A stretch of 64,000 bases of DNA, taken from positions 139,137-203,136 of the forward strand of contig NMRA01000689.1 of NCBI GenBank assembly GCA_002633005.1, given 5' to 3'. Origin of the DNA: Phoronis australis (lineage: Eukaryota > Animalia > Phoronida). The first letter of the stretch is position 1. Every line of letters starts with the position of its first letter. Shown here piece by piece: positions 13,801 through 26,500 of this stretch. The position numbers and the translations under genes are program-made. The notes under the pieces were generated by a model. It had not been told where the DNA came from and ran no database searches. It saw only the letters and a program-made list of their open reading frames with translations.

Positions 13801-16800
13801 TTGCCGTTTGGCTTTGTTCAGGTACCCGAGTGTTTGAAATTTTGACAGATGGGCCAACATCGCATATAAGTTTGATTTTGAGACTACTTCAGTTTATGCT
13901 TTTTATCGTTATTGACCAGGACGGGGATGGTGGTAATTATTATGAATATTCATGCCTCCGTCATTGCCCTCGGCTCTGCAACCAGCACAGCAAAAATAAT
14001 GTATGTGCACATTTCAGTAAACGCTTTGGGTTTTCATTTTGTCTTGTGTGCTTATGGTCCTTAATTAGGGCGTTAGTCGTAGCTCACTTCTTACCATCCT
14101 GTGACCATGTCAGGAGGCCAACTTCATGTCCTCAAGCCTTTCTCGCGTTGCTAATTTTTTATGCCTCCAAATTTTACATTATTGGTCAAGAGGTGGCGCT
14201 TTATGATGCTTCTTCACAAGATCAGAATTTGAGGTGTAGAACTATTTTTGCTGTCTCCGTATTTATTGAGTCAAATTTCTAAGTTTAAACACGGGGACTT
14301 TATGCTTTAATAAAATAAATGGATTCAGCAATCAAAAACATAAAAGCAAAAATGTCTCTCCCATGCATGGCCTAAACGTGGTGTTATTGGGAGCCCCATC
14401 AATGATAGTTGTAGAAGGAATGGTGATGGTGATGATGACGGTAGTGCTGATGACTGTGACAATGGTGACACTGGTGATGGTTAGAGGTGTGGATTAAAAG
14501 TAGTCAGTGTTGGCGGCTGTGGTAGTAGCGATGGTGCATGGTGGAAGCAGTTGTGGTGGAATTGTGGTGGTGGTGGTGGTGGTGGTGGCATTCAGATGGA
14601 GATGATGGTGGGTGTGGTGATGATAAAGGAGGAAGCGGTGGTGGTTGTGGTATTGGTGGTTGAAGAGATAGTGCTGATGGTATAGTGGCGTTCAGGTGGA
14701 GATGATGATGGTGGTGGTGGTGCTGGTGGTGATACAGGAGGCGGTGGTGGTGGTGGTGGTGGCAGTCTGTGTAGAGATAGTGGTGGTTGTAGAGATGGTA
14801 GTAGTTGAAAGATAGTGGTGATGGTTTAGTGGCTTTCAGGTGGAGATGATGGTGGTGGTGATAGAGGAGGAGGTGCTTGTGGTGGTGGTGGCGGTTGTAG
14901 AAATGGTGATGGCTGTAGAGATGGTTGTGGTGGTAGTGGTATTCAGGTGGAGATGATGGTGGTGGATGTGGTAAACACGATGGTAGTGGTTGTGGTAGCG
15001 GAGGAGATAGTGGTGGTGTTAGGGATGGTGGTGATGGTGGTACTTGTGGTGGTGGTACAGTCAGTGGAGATGGAAGAGTTGTTGTTGTTGTTGGTGGTGG
15101 TTGTGGTGGTGGTGGTGGTAATGATTACGTGATTGTTCGATATATCTGGATCATCACTACAACAACAATGTAGGACCAAATCCCAAGTGTCTGAAGCGTA
15201 CATGAATTTTCCGCTAAATTTCAACTTCCCGCTTGCAAGCAGTAAAGGTTTGAGGAAAGCCATGACTGAGCAAAAGGTGGGGTTAACAACTGGCAATCTA
15301 TAGCTTAGAACAGACTCAAAAATTATGAAATTGACATTCCTAGTCTTCATATGCAGCACAAAACTTAAAATGCGTGTTAACCCAGCAGGTACCAATTTTT
15401 AATAGAACTGGAGGAGGCAAATTCAGCCGTGGTTCAAACAAATATTGAATGTCACCTTAAGGGACCTGGGACCAGGGTCTTATCTTCGTCCTCAAAATTA
15501 TTCGAAAATTGACCAATGGCATGACACGTTTCCAGTTAACTTATAAATTTGACCAACCATGCGGCCTGATGGGTCAATATTCGAGCCTGAACTCAGAAAT
15601 TAGATTCTGGTGTTTTTGCTAATATCTGCTAATAGCCTAAGTAAAGATGGTTTGTGTGGTTTACAGCTGGCTCCCTATCGCCCACCGCCTGATGGTGACT
15701 CTCCACGTGGATTTCCTGATATTCGCTGGCATCAAACTGCCGACATGGGCGTAGCTCCTAATCCTAAACTGCCAAACGTGTTTATGTCTGTAGCCGTGGA
15801 TCTCCCTGACTACAAATCACCGTATGGTTCGTAAGTACGCATACTTTATCATTCGTAAGAAGGTATACTCACACAAAAACTATCAAAACTTTCATATACA
15901 AACATCCATACAACTGAAAACTCAACACTTACGAGCAATTCCATATAAAAACCAGATGGTGGGCTATATATGCGAAATCACTAATTTTTTTGAAACTTAG
16001 CACATCAGCTGGCCTTGTCAAAAGAAAGCTGAGCCTGATGTTTTAAGAGTTTCTGAGTTTTTTTTAACCCTTTTTAACACCACTTTGTACTTTTTCTGAA
16101 AAATAGCAAATAATAGTACTCGGAAGTAGGTAACTTTTTGCCAGCAACAACACAGCAGAAAGAAGAAAGAATAACATACAAGAAAAAATAAATCGGATGG
16201 ATTTATTGATTTTTTATGTCCTCCCATTTTAGCCTACAAAAATGTCATTTTCACTGCTTATTATTAAGGCCATTTTTACGCATTTTTATCGCTCTCCCAA
16301 ATCTATATCGGCTTCTTTTGGAACATGAGTTGACTTCCGTTTGTTACTGCTGTCTTTGTTCCGCCCAACACAAGAATAAAAAATCTTGTCTCTTTCATAG
16401 TTTTTGTGCAGTCATTTTTTACATAACTCACTTACACAATTTTCTGTCAATCTGTGACTGTCAGTTACATTAAAAGACTCTAGGAGGCGCTACTCGATTG
16501 TGCAATTATCTATCGACCAAGATGCCAAATAGAACAAACATCATTTGTTTTGCTACATCAGTGACGAAGGAGATCATGGGAAGCTGTATGAGAGATTTTT
16601 TCTTCGCGGATTTTCAGTTTTGCTGGTGCAAAAATAAAAATCTATTATAGGATTACAGAACTAAAGAAAGTCAATTTTTATGTACTGATGGGTTAATAAT
16701 ACAACCCCCATCACCATCTCATACTTCAGAGAAGAAGGTTTTATTCTTATTAAGGGTGCCCAATGCCCATTCCCCCTTGCTTGGTCAGTTTTTGAACACC

Positions 16801-19800
16801 GTAATGGACTAAGAATCCCACGCACTGCCTGCAGTGCATGCTGGTCCATTTTTCAGACCTGGACAAGTCCCTGTACATGCGCTTGAAAAAGTCCTCAGTC
16901 TCAAACTAATAGCAAAGTTCATACTAAAACTAATCAAGATCTTCGAGATCGCAAGTGAAAAGAGGACGGTGGATACAAGCAGAGGTGTCGTGTTATTGGA
17001 CATACAAAGGGTCACGCAATGCTTTAANNNNNNNNNNNNNNNNNNNNNNNNNNNNNNNNNNNNNNNNNNNNNNNNNNNNNNNNNNNNNNNNNNNNNNNNN
17101 NNNNNNNNNNNNNNNNNNNNNNNNNNNNNNNNNNNNNNNNNNNNNNNNNNNNNNNNNNNNNNNNNNNNNNNNNNNNNNNNNNNNNNNNNNNNNNNNNNNN
17201 NNNNNNNNNNNNNNNNNNNNNNNNNNNNNNNNNNNNNNNNNNNNNNNNNNNNNNNNNNNNNNNNNNNNNNNNNNNNNNNNNNNNNNNNNNNNNNNNNNNN
17301 NNNNNNNNNNNNNNNNNNNNNNNNNNNNNNNNNNNNNNNNNNNNNNNNNNNNNNNNNNNNNNNNNNNNNNNNNNNNNNNNNNNNNNNNNNNNNNNNNNNN
17401 NNNNNNNNNNNNNNNNNNNNNNNNNNNNNNNNNNNNNNNNNNNNNNNNNNNNNNNNNNNNNNNNNNNNNNNNCAGCGGCGAAATTAGGGGTCATTGAGTG
17501 CACAAAATTTGGCATTTGGGTTTATGTTAGGATACCTACCCATGTACAAAAAATGAAGTTGTTTTAAATTTTGACGTATAGACTGATTTTTGAAAATCTA
17601 CTGGTTTTTATATGGACTGTCTCTTAATTCTTGTATTACACAAAAGCGGCCGAGCATGGTGGCAGTGAGCCAATGGAATTTGCAGTTTCAGAAAAATAAC
17701 AGGTACGGATATTTACTATTGAAAACATAATACTTTCAGTGATATCCAAGTTACCGGCTTCCTAAACCAGTATTTAAACAATTGGGTGTTGTTGCGACTT
17801 ACCAGCTAAAAGTTTCACAATATGTAAATTCCGTTCATGCGGCGGAATCAAAACCACAGTTTCTTTAAGGTATGCTAGGTTTAGTGTATGATGCATTTCC
17901 ACACAACACTTCAAAAACTAACCGCAAAATACGTTGAATCCATCCCAAAACGGGAACATGTCATTGTTTCTTTAATAGAAAGCTATTTACCAAATTCAGT
18001 AAAAATCCGTCAAGGAATTTAGAAGTAAAAGAGGAAAACAAAAAAAAAATTGCCACTAGGGGGCAAAAATTCATTGGAAAGTCATCTTGGTCCGTTGTTT
18101 ACTTCACATAAATACACTTACTAAAATTAATCAAGATCCTGCAGTGGGTTCAGGAGATACAGCTATGGGCGCAAAAACAAAACTGCCACAGTAGTCGATG
18201 TCGTTGGAAAATCATCATTAACCGTCCCCTTCACACTAAGAACATATATGCTAATTTTCAAAATTATGCTTAGAGTGGTTTGGTTGGCAGAGGAGAGGAC
18301 GCCAAAAGCAGACTAGGAAACAATAAGAATGGCCCTTAGATGGCGTAAAATATGTCGAATCATCCAAAAACGCCGTTTCTGTAATGGAAAGCTGTTTACC
18401 AAATTTCATAAAAATCCATCAAGGAACTTCAGAGAAATGGGGGATAACGGAAAAAATGAAATTGCCGCTAGTGGGCACAGCGTTTGTTGGATCCGTCTGA
18501 AAGTCGTCGTCGTCCGCTGTCAACTTCATATAAATGCACTTGCTAAATTTAATATAGATCCTGCAATGGGTTTAGTAGAAATAGCCATGGGCGCTACAAA
18601 AAAACAAAACTGCCACTAGGAAGAGTCAAAGTCGTCGGAAGGTTATCGTCAACCGTTCTCTTCACACTAAGAACATATATGCCATTTTTCACAATCATTA
18701 TATGGATGGTTTGTTTGATAGGGAGGCAGACTCGAAAACAGCAAAAATGGCCACTGGGTGTAACATAATACCTCAAATACATCCGAAAATGGGAGGATAA
18801 CGCCATCTCCCTAATAGATGGTTATGTGCCAAAATTCATGAAAATCCGTTGAGGAACTTTGAAGATACAGAGGTAAATGTATAAAACTAGGATTGCCACT
18901 AGGGGGCACACCAGTTGTTGGATCCATCCGAAATTTGTCGTCATCTGTCATGTGGGCTCATAAAAACCCGTGTTCCATTCAGAAACTGATGAGGTGCACA
19001 TCTGAATACGGCTGACCGACAAGTCAGACATGACTGAATGACAAAAAGTACTGAATAAGTGAAAAATTATGATAAACTGCCATTACAATTTTAAAGGGAA
19101 GTGAACTGTATTGTCAATTTTTGAGTCGTGGGGTATAATCATGAGAGGAGCTTCTTTCCATACTTAAAAATATATTGACGTAAACATTAAAATACAAATT
19201 ACGGCAAGCAATCGCCTCAGGGATGGTCGCCATCATTGCTCTGGCATAATCTACTCGCTTCAATGGCGACCCGAGCAGACTAGTTGAAAGGCAAATCTGG
19301 TGACGATTTCACCAGCTATCACAAGTCATATGTACTAAAGATGTGTATAAAGATGGGTCACGTTTTGTACAAGTATGGTACACACTTTTTCGTGGTCTTT
19401 CGGTATAAACATGGGTCACACCTTTGAACCATTTGAATAAATATGGATCGCAATTTTCAGACTTGCAAGGTATAACATGGTTGCAATTTTCAAAGTCCAG
19501 CAGCCCATCCTAACCCGCTTAGGCCTATCAGGTTTGTCCCCCTGAGCAATCAGTAAGTCGTAAGTTGTCAGTGAGAGCTAATACAATATTCTGAACTCAA
19601 GTCATGACCTGTTGACCCAGGCCAACAGTTGTGATAAATATGAAGTAACGTTTTAGCAACTACTAATATCTTACTTGCACCAACAGGGACTAACAAATCA
19701 AACTGGCGAAAAATCTTTTGCGACATGCGAAAGTCAAAGCCCCGTTAAATCTTTCGCTTCGTTCTAGCTGTGTGTTTTCGATAACAGCACATTAATTTTT

Positions 19801-22800
19801 GTCTAAAGCCAAGTCCAAACTTATGTCGATATGTAAAACATATGAGGGCGCTTTTCCATTGATTTGTCAGTCCAGCTCTGGCAAGAATCAACTGTAATTC
19901 CGATATACTTTCAAACTTCAGTGGCACTTTGCACGACCTCAGATAACTTCTGACGTCTTTAACACAGCCAATGAAGGCCACATTTCCTCCGCGATCCCAC
20001 TTTAGTGACGAAAATTGACCAAATGTACAAGAAGGAAATTCCTCCCTATTCTTTGCAGTGACAGGAAGTGCATGTAATTTCGAACCCTAAAGTGCTATTG
20101 GTAAAGTGTTTCAGAAAATTGGGGTCTCAAAAGTGAAACTTAAAATTTTTGTGATATTGCATTGTTGAAATTAAATCATATATTTTTGGTGATATCTCTG
20201 AACTAAAAGAGTAGCCTCAATTCTCTTGTCAGTCAGAGTAAGGCCACATCACAAAAATGCCCAAATTCGAGGGCCACGTTAAGCACTAAATACAGCATAT
20301 AAGAGACAAGTTTTTTTTAAAAGCAATTACCTAAGATGTGTCTTAGAAGTGTCTACACAGAGAATTTCAACTTCAAATATCTTCCGATATAGCAGGCAGG
20401 TTAAGCAACATCTTTCCACTTCTGACTGGCCTGAAAAGTGGTCTCGGAGTTTTCTTCCCTGCTGTAAATTTAAATGTACCTATGAGTCTCAAATTTCATT
20501 TTCTTACTAACCTTACATGAGTCTTTATGACCATCAATGTCAAACTTTGTCACCAGTTTTCCAAGTTTGATCTTTTGCCGTTCCAAAAGGGCAGTTTTAC
20601 TGACATGAAAAAATGCAAAATATGCCTTTGTAGCCAAACAGGTCATATCCCGGTAACCAAAGGTCACTGAGTGCAAATATTGCAGCAGTGTACATTGGGC
20701 CAACATCCCAACACATGCACAAAATATTAGCTCTGTATGAATTTTTGAGTATATAGTGATTTTTCATTTTCATATGCTTTTTATATGGAATCATTCTTAC
20801 AACGTGATCTTATCGCCATCTTGGCTCTGCGCGCTGTTTTTTTTTTATTTTGTCAGTAATTATATGTATGTGTTCGCTCTATACCTGCTTCGAACAAAAT
20901 GCTTTGTATCGCGACTCAGTTACGATTTTATATATGTCGATTCACAGTAAGGTGAAAGGTTACACTTCCTGTCTAACACAAAAGGTTATTCTGTCACCAT
21001 ACGCAATGTTATAGCAAAACAGGGGAACTTTTTGAGAAATCACAAGCTACGTATTTGCTGTACTTCCTAGATAACGACAGTTTGACTTTGACTTTTCGTA
21101 GAATACATCCAAGAGATAAGCTAGATGCGAGCGAACGTCTGGGACTAGCAGCAATGGGCGTGGCGTATGGTCAAAACGTGGACTATACTCCACTTATGCC
21201 GAGTGCGTTCTACGTCGATCTTGTGTGGTGCAACATGACAATTGAGTTTGACAAAGGCCAACGCGCTCTTGACGTGCGCCGAGTGACAACAGGATTTGAG
21301 GTATTGTNACCTGCTTCGAACAAAATGCTTTGTATCGCGACTCAGTTACGATTTTATATATGTCGATTCACAGTAAGGTGAAAGGTTACACTTCCTGTCT
21401 AACACAAAAGGTTATTCTGTCACCATACGCAATGTTATAGCAAAACAGAGGAACTTTTTGAGAAATCACAAGCTACGTATTTGCTGTACTTCCTAGATAA
21501 CGACAGTTTGACTTTGACTTTTCGTAGAATACATCCAAGAGATAAGCTAGATGCGAGCGAACGTCTGGGACTAGCAGCAATGGGCGTGGCGTATGGTCAA
21601 AACGTGGACTATACTCCACTTATGCCGAGTGCGTTCTACGTCGATCTTGTGTGGTGCAACATGACAATTGAGTTTGACAAAGGCCAACGCGCTCTTGACG
21701 TGCGCCGAGTGACAACAGGATTTGAGGTATTGTTTTATCACTGGGATTTCGCCGGATAACCAACCGTTGGTGGTTGTGCAAATACCACGAATCTAGTCCG
21801 ACAGCCACCAGCGAAATTCTCTGAGCTGGTCTACTGAAAATTGATTGGCGAGTGCGTTTTTGCGCAATTGATACTAAATTCCATCAAAATTTTTGTATAA
21901 CTTATAAAAAGAATTCTTCAAAGACGATAATGCACGTCACAGGAAAGCTCATTTTCGCGCCTTTCAGTCATTCACCTCTACAATAGAGAGTTCATTTGCT
22001 CAACATATCATTTACATAGGCGGATTTAGGGGGGGAAGGGGACCCCCCCTTTAGTTAGCTGCCGCAAAAAATAAAAAAGCAAGAGCGTAGGGGAATGTTG
22101 AGTTTATTAATTAACCCCGGTAAATAACATTATACGGCTGAAACAAGATTTAAATGTGTGCAGTTTTAGTGTGTTTGGGGGGCGGGGCTCAGATCCATTT
22201 CAAGTGTCAAATTCGGAACATGGCGCTATCGTAACGGAACTATGGCTAAGTATAGGCTCTCCCGCGATAACCCAGACGACCGGTAGTGGCGCTGCGCACT
22301 ACGACTCGTTTCCGTCGTCTGCTTCACTGTGCAATGAAGAGAATTGTTTCATTTTTTAAAGAAAATGGAATATGAGTGACAATGAAAAAAACAGAGGCTG
22401 CTGGTAAGATGTGAATTTTAATCGAAGCCTTAGTGAATCACTCAGAAACTCATAATTCTCTCTTTGTCAAACCTTAAGTTAAGACGATTTCCAAAGAAAT
22501 CGCGTCATTATTTCCAACAAAAAAAACGGATTTGGTCTTTTGGGCAATTGAAGACTATTTTAAATACAACAAATTTGTTACGAACTGATTGCACAAAATA
22601 TAAAAAGTGTAATAAGCATTACAAAAAGAAGTAGGTTTCGCGCGCAAACGTTGTGGACCATAAACAAGTAGGTCTTTTAGGTAGGAATAACTAACGAGTG
22701 AAGTCGTGGTGGTACAGTGGTAACGCAAGCGTGCTCTATCCGCCAGGTCGTGAGTTCGAGTCTGTGATAGTTGCAGTTTTTCAAGTTTGACACGTTTTCC

Positions 22801-23581
22801 GTTTTTTTAATCGTTGCCCTTTTTTCTTGGATAATACTTCAGGAATCAAGGAAAATGCTTGATATTAGAGGAAAAAACAGAAAAATTTGCCTGGCGGCAG
22901 GGTGCCATTCGGTACTATGTGCATCTACAATCGTGCTTGCGCAAATGTTTACAAACAAAATTCTGGGCCCTCCCCCCTTGTGATATCCTAGATCCGCCAC
23001 TGCATTTTGCTTAAATTTCATTGTTCGTAGAAAGGGTAAACATGCATGCTTGCGACAAAAGTTAACTCGGTGAGTTTGGGAGCCTGAGCTTACCATGCCA
23101 GTGATTGAAAAAATGTGACAAGCGTAGCTTTTTCAAAGTATGTCTCATTTTTGTTCAGGGCCAATCAACATTAGGTGTACGACTTAACTAGATAGAATTT
23201 GTAAACAAGCTTATCGTGTCAGTAGCAAGTAAATGTTTTTATCAACAATTCAGGTAAATCAGTTCCAGTCCTCCTCAAATTACTTGAGTGCTTTTGAACA
23301 ACAGACCTGCCTATTTCCAGATTTGCTGCTCTACACAAAACACCACCTATTGCCCTGATGGTGATGCGCATTGGGTTCCGGCCAAAATTACTAATTCCAC
23401 CAACACGTCCGTAACCATTCTTTACAAAGATACTTGTGACCAGAAGTGGGTTGTTGGCCTGCGTTACTTGTGGAAGGAGTCCCCATGTACCTTCAAAAAC
23501 TGTCCGTTGTATGGCGCTGCAAGTCAACTTCCGGTGCCTCCTTTCAAGATGGATGGTATTTTCAATAATGGATTAAAATAA
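7801..23581 (+). CDS. SIAE: Sialate O-acetylesterase (SGNH/SASA family), about 562 aa, with signal peptide
   Basis: Exons: 7801-7867 (MSCHWIFTAVGLVAFLLLRCLT signal peptide), 8083-8193, 9550-9726 (SFANYYGSYMVLQQAP), 10370-10554 [duplicate 11066-11250] (FGDVWLCAGQSNM), 12141-12279, 12659-12834 (FSAVCWLFGR..WGGTPIERWS), 13612-13821 (GAIWYQGESN), 15667-15830 (IRWHQTAD), 21102-21300 [duplicate 21528-21726] (IHPRDK), 23321-23581. They sum to 1689 nt in frame. Exon 2 and the end of exon 6 are the least certain. Confidence 0.92.
8578..8999. mobile_element. MITE with about 30-bp terminal inverted repeats (possibly PIF/Harbinger-like)
   Basis: Left end gcccggttgcatgaaacagacccaaacagg versus reverse complement of the right end gcccggttcaatgaagcagtcccaaatagg. 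Internal sequence recurs at about 49805-49940 and the right end recurs at about 50400-50433. Confidence 0.65.
9987..11382. repeat. Tandem duplication of about 695 bp containing SIAE exon 4, split by a single N (probable haplotype assembly artefact)
   Basis: 9987-10681 and 10683-11382 are near-identical. N at 10682. Confidence 0.9.
14415..15125. repeat. (GGT/GAT)n low-complexity repeat in a SIAE intron
   Basis: Degenerate ggt/gat triplet arrays producing poly-V and poly-T spurious ORFs. Confidence 0.9.
15933..20796 (-). mobile_element. Degenerate DNA transposon of about 4.9 kb (Sola2-like) with TIRs and a 4-bp TSD, in a SIAE intron
   Basis: Left end gagcaattccatataaaaaccagatg, right end reverse complement gaatgattccatataaaaagcatatg, flanked on both sides by TTAC (15929-15932, 20797-20800). 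Minus-strand coding remnants: ELQLILARAGL..ICFTYRHKFGLGFRQK..CCY (19745-19981) and GEWALGTLNKNKTFFSE (about 16725-16775). The superfamily call rests on recalled motifs. Confidence 0.75.
17905..18950. repeat. Diverged tandem repeat of about 430 bp (about 2.4 copies) nested in the transposon
   Basis: Recurring blocks accaaattt?cat?aaaatcc..aaggaa, ttgccactagggggca and gatcctgca..gggtt at about 17990, 18400 and 18830. Confidence 0.6.
20883..21733. repeat. Tandem 425-bp duplication containing SIAE exon 9, split by a single N (probable assembly artefact)
   Basis: 20883-21307 and 21309-21733 are nearly identical, with identical exon peptides. N at 21308. Confidence 0.92.
22015..23002. mobile_element. 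Non-autonomous inverted-repeat element (CATAGGCGGATTTAG...CTAGATCCGCCACTG family)
   Basis: Imperfect terminal inverted repeats. The same termini and subterminal blocks occur at 56362-56711. Contains a tRNA-like A/B-box segment at about 22703-22765. Confidence 0.65.
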
Positions 23582-26500
23582 AGGAAACTAAGTCACATTG
23601 ATATTGTTGACAACAAACTTCCAAGTAATGATTCGAAATTAAATTACCACGCTGTTGTTTGCTTTCACCAGCTTCAAAAGAGCATAATTAAACCTCTAAA
23701 AATATTCGGGGTACTTTTGTTAGTTTCCTCTACTTAAATTCCCATGCATCCCTGATCAGTTCAAGCAAACACTCGCAAATTCAAATTGCCATAAAATAAC
23801 GGCGACGAATCTCCCCGTCAAGGTGATCCATTAACTCCATTCGAGCCACTTTGTTATGACGTGTAATTAAGAAGGCTTATTCCACAAATTAGAGCTCGAT
23901 CCCAAGCAAGAGTTTCCACGCACCAAAATCGAATCAAAGTAAATGTGCAGCTGCGTGTCACTTTCACCGTACAGTTTAGAAATCCTTTGAAAGGTTTGTA
24001 CATTTATCTTCCAAACAATACCACTTATCGTCATGAATCCAGTCAATTTCTTCAAAAGGTTGACGACCACAATGGCGTTGTTTTTCAACGAGTAGGTAAT
24101 TAGTAGCCTAACCTTTCTACAGTAATACAACACTTGACAAAATACTGACTGCAAAACATCGATCTCGAGTGCGTACTTAGAATATAACGCTCATGAGCGG
24201 AATAATATCACTAAGCTAGGAACCTTTTCTAAGTTACAGCCATGACTACAATTTTCATATCAGTGATTTCTCCAAGATGATGCGCGGAATGAATCTTTCT
24301 AAACGCATTTTCTTGAATTTTCTCGAATTGGCTGCCAATTTCAAATGTTAATTTTCATACGTATTCATTTATAATTGAAACGAAGGCAGAATTGGAAACC
24401 ATCTTCATTGTCATAATTTGCATTGTCGTCAACATTGCTTATCTTTTGGTTGTCGTTAGGATCTTTCGCCATGGTGACATTGAATTACCACCTGGCATTG
24501 TCAGATTTTTTTATTAAGAGCGTGCCAAATCAAACTTGGTCTTAAAATCATGGTTTAAGTGAAACTTGAAGATACGGGGAAAAGGTGAAATCGTTACAAA
24601 ATATAGGTATCATGACAACAAATGGCGCTTAAATGAAAACATCGAGGTTTCGGTGAAATACATCTAATGCAACTTCGCTGGCAGTATAGAATTTCCATCC
24701 ATTTGTTTGTAGTGTAACTTCATTTGTTCCCTTTCTTATGAAAACAAATTACTTTCTTTTCTTGTCATTTCAGCTCCCTTTGTTATTGTATTCGCGTCAT
24801 TTTGTACAAGTAAAAAGTCTCCGGGGCTCTTCAGGTGTCTTTGTGTGCAGATAACTTTATTTTTAGTCCACGTTTTGATTCTCAACAACACAACAAGAGA
24901 CATTCAATCACACACCTCCAAAACAATCTGAATGTTTTGTCGAGAGTCATTTCATATCCTTGCCTTTAAGCTAACTGTTTGATTTCTTTATAGTAAAACG
25001 CACGCTGATAATGAAAACAACAGCTTTTACATAAAGGAAAATAAACCATAATGTTCTATTTCGTGTTGTTGTTTCTATTCTTCGTCTCTGCGCTTTTATT
25101 TTGCTTTTGTCTTATTGTCATATCGCATACCAGGTGTGTTTCATTCTATCAAAAAGGCCGGCCAGTGTCAAACAGCCCGACCCCTTCAGGGAGGACGCTT
25201 TCCCAGGTAAAATATCGTCTACAGGTGTTTGTGTACATACACCTCGTTGTAAGGGTGTGGTTGACAATTGCTCAATTCTATTTACATGGACTGTTTTGAC
25301 CATTTACCAAATCTTTTGAAAACGGGGAATATTTACGTTCCATCAGTGCGAAAAAGTACTGAAAAACCTTAATATACTCACGCCGTGTAATCTGATTTTT
25401 AACTAACTCCAATAACTTTTGGTGCTGAGATCGCATGGTGGAGATTAATTGGTGTAATGTTTTTGGCAGTGAATAAGCAAAATGTATCTAGTTCTTTCTA
25501 ACAGCGCTAAGGAACATACCATCAATGGTAGTGATTCTATAGTCATTGCAGTCTGTGTATGTTGGTAGCAGTGTTATTTATTGACCAGCTACATATATCA
25601 TAGCTATTCTAAAGATGATGGCAATAATCGCAATTAACAAGAGCGACGAGAATGATAATTGTCCCTCATGATCAATACTATGTTGAAATCACATCTCCAA
25701 GGTGTGATAATCACCTTTCAGTACCTGGGAGCATACAGTTCTGACTGGTGTCAAACAGCCGTGAGAAACTGAATGCTAGCTATGAACAAAACGGGTGCAG
25801 TTTCTTTCAGGTTGCAAAAATATTATGCGACACAATTCCAAAACTAAGTTTGAGTTTTAGATTCACTTGTTTAGGTTTTGATTATTTTTTAAAATTGTTT
25901 TTTTAATAACTTGTTCCAAGAATCGAAAGCAAGGAATTGAAATGACTCTTCTGTATGCATTTGCATTTTTGTAAAAGAATCCAAGGTAATGAAAAACGAA
26001 GTGCGTAGTTCTTCAACGCCCCTCCATTTTGTGGTGTATCACCAGAATTCAAGAATTGAAAATCTCGTATTCTGCGAATTTTGAAAAAATGATGTTTTCT
26101 TGAAAGAAGTTGGGAATAGTTTTGTCTAAATTTGCTTGCGTTTAAATCCATTTTATGAAGATTTTATCTGAAATGAATCTGAATGAGTGTCGCTGAATGG
26201 GAATCAATGGGAGTATTCATTTTTTCAAACACATGCAAGTTGCAATCAACCCTCATTACAGGAAGAGTTGCGGTCGAATCGATTTGTGGCACTGACTATA
26301 CCACATTCTTTCAATCACGGCGTCATGTTACGCATAGTGATCAGGTTTGCAATACAACAATAATCAGTTTCACTGGGATCCATATAATAACACGTTGAGC
26401 ACTCTGCGATGTTTTTTGTTCACAGTTCGAGCGTTCTCACTCGTGTTTGATTGTGGGCTTAGTTCACAATCAATGGGCGATTCTCAATGACGAACGAGAC

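Noticed and set aside
14943-15395. Poly-Thr mucin-like and poly-Val ORFs (also His/Thr-rich ORFs at 38822-39457)
   Set aside because: Products of (GGT)n/(ACC)n low-complexity intronic DNA and inserted MITEs.
16834-17515. Long ORFs of 160-217 aa
   Set aside because: Artefacts of the N gap at 17028-17472.
20883-21733. Duplicated SIAE exon 9 as real exon duplication
   Set aside because: The copies are almost identical, are separated by one N, and the first copy breaks off 7 nt into the intron. This is typical of overlapping contig ends.
22703-22765. tRNA gene
   Set aside because: A/B-box-like motifs are present but there is no acceptor stem or anticodon arm, and it sits inside a repeat element.
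23990-24080. Minus-strand HCGRQPFEEIDWIHDDKWYC, PHD-finger-like remnant
   Set aside because: Too short, bounded by stops and lacking key Cys residues. It cannot be supported without a search.
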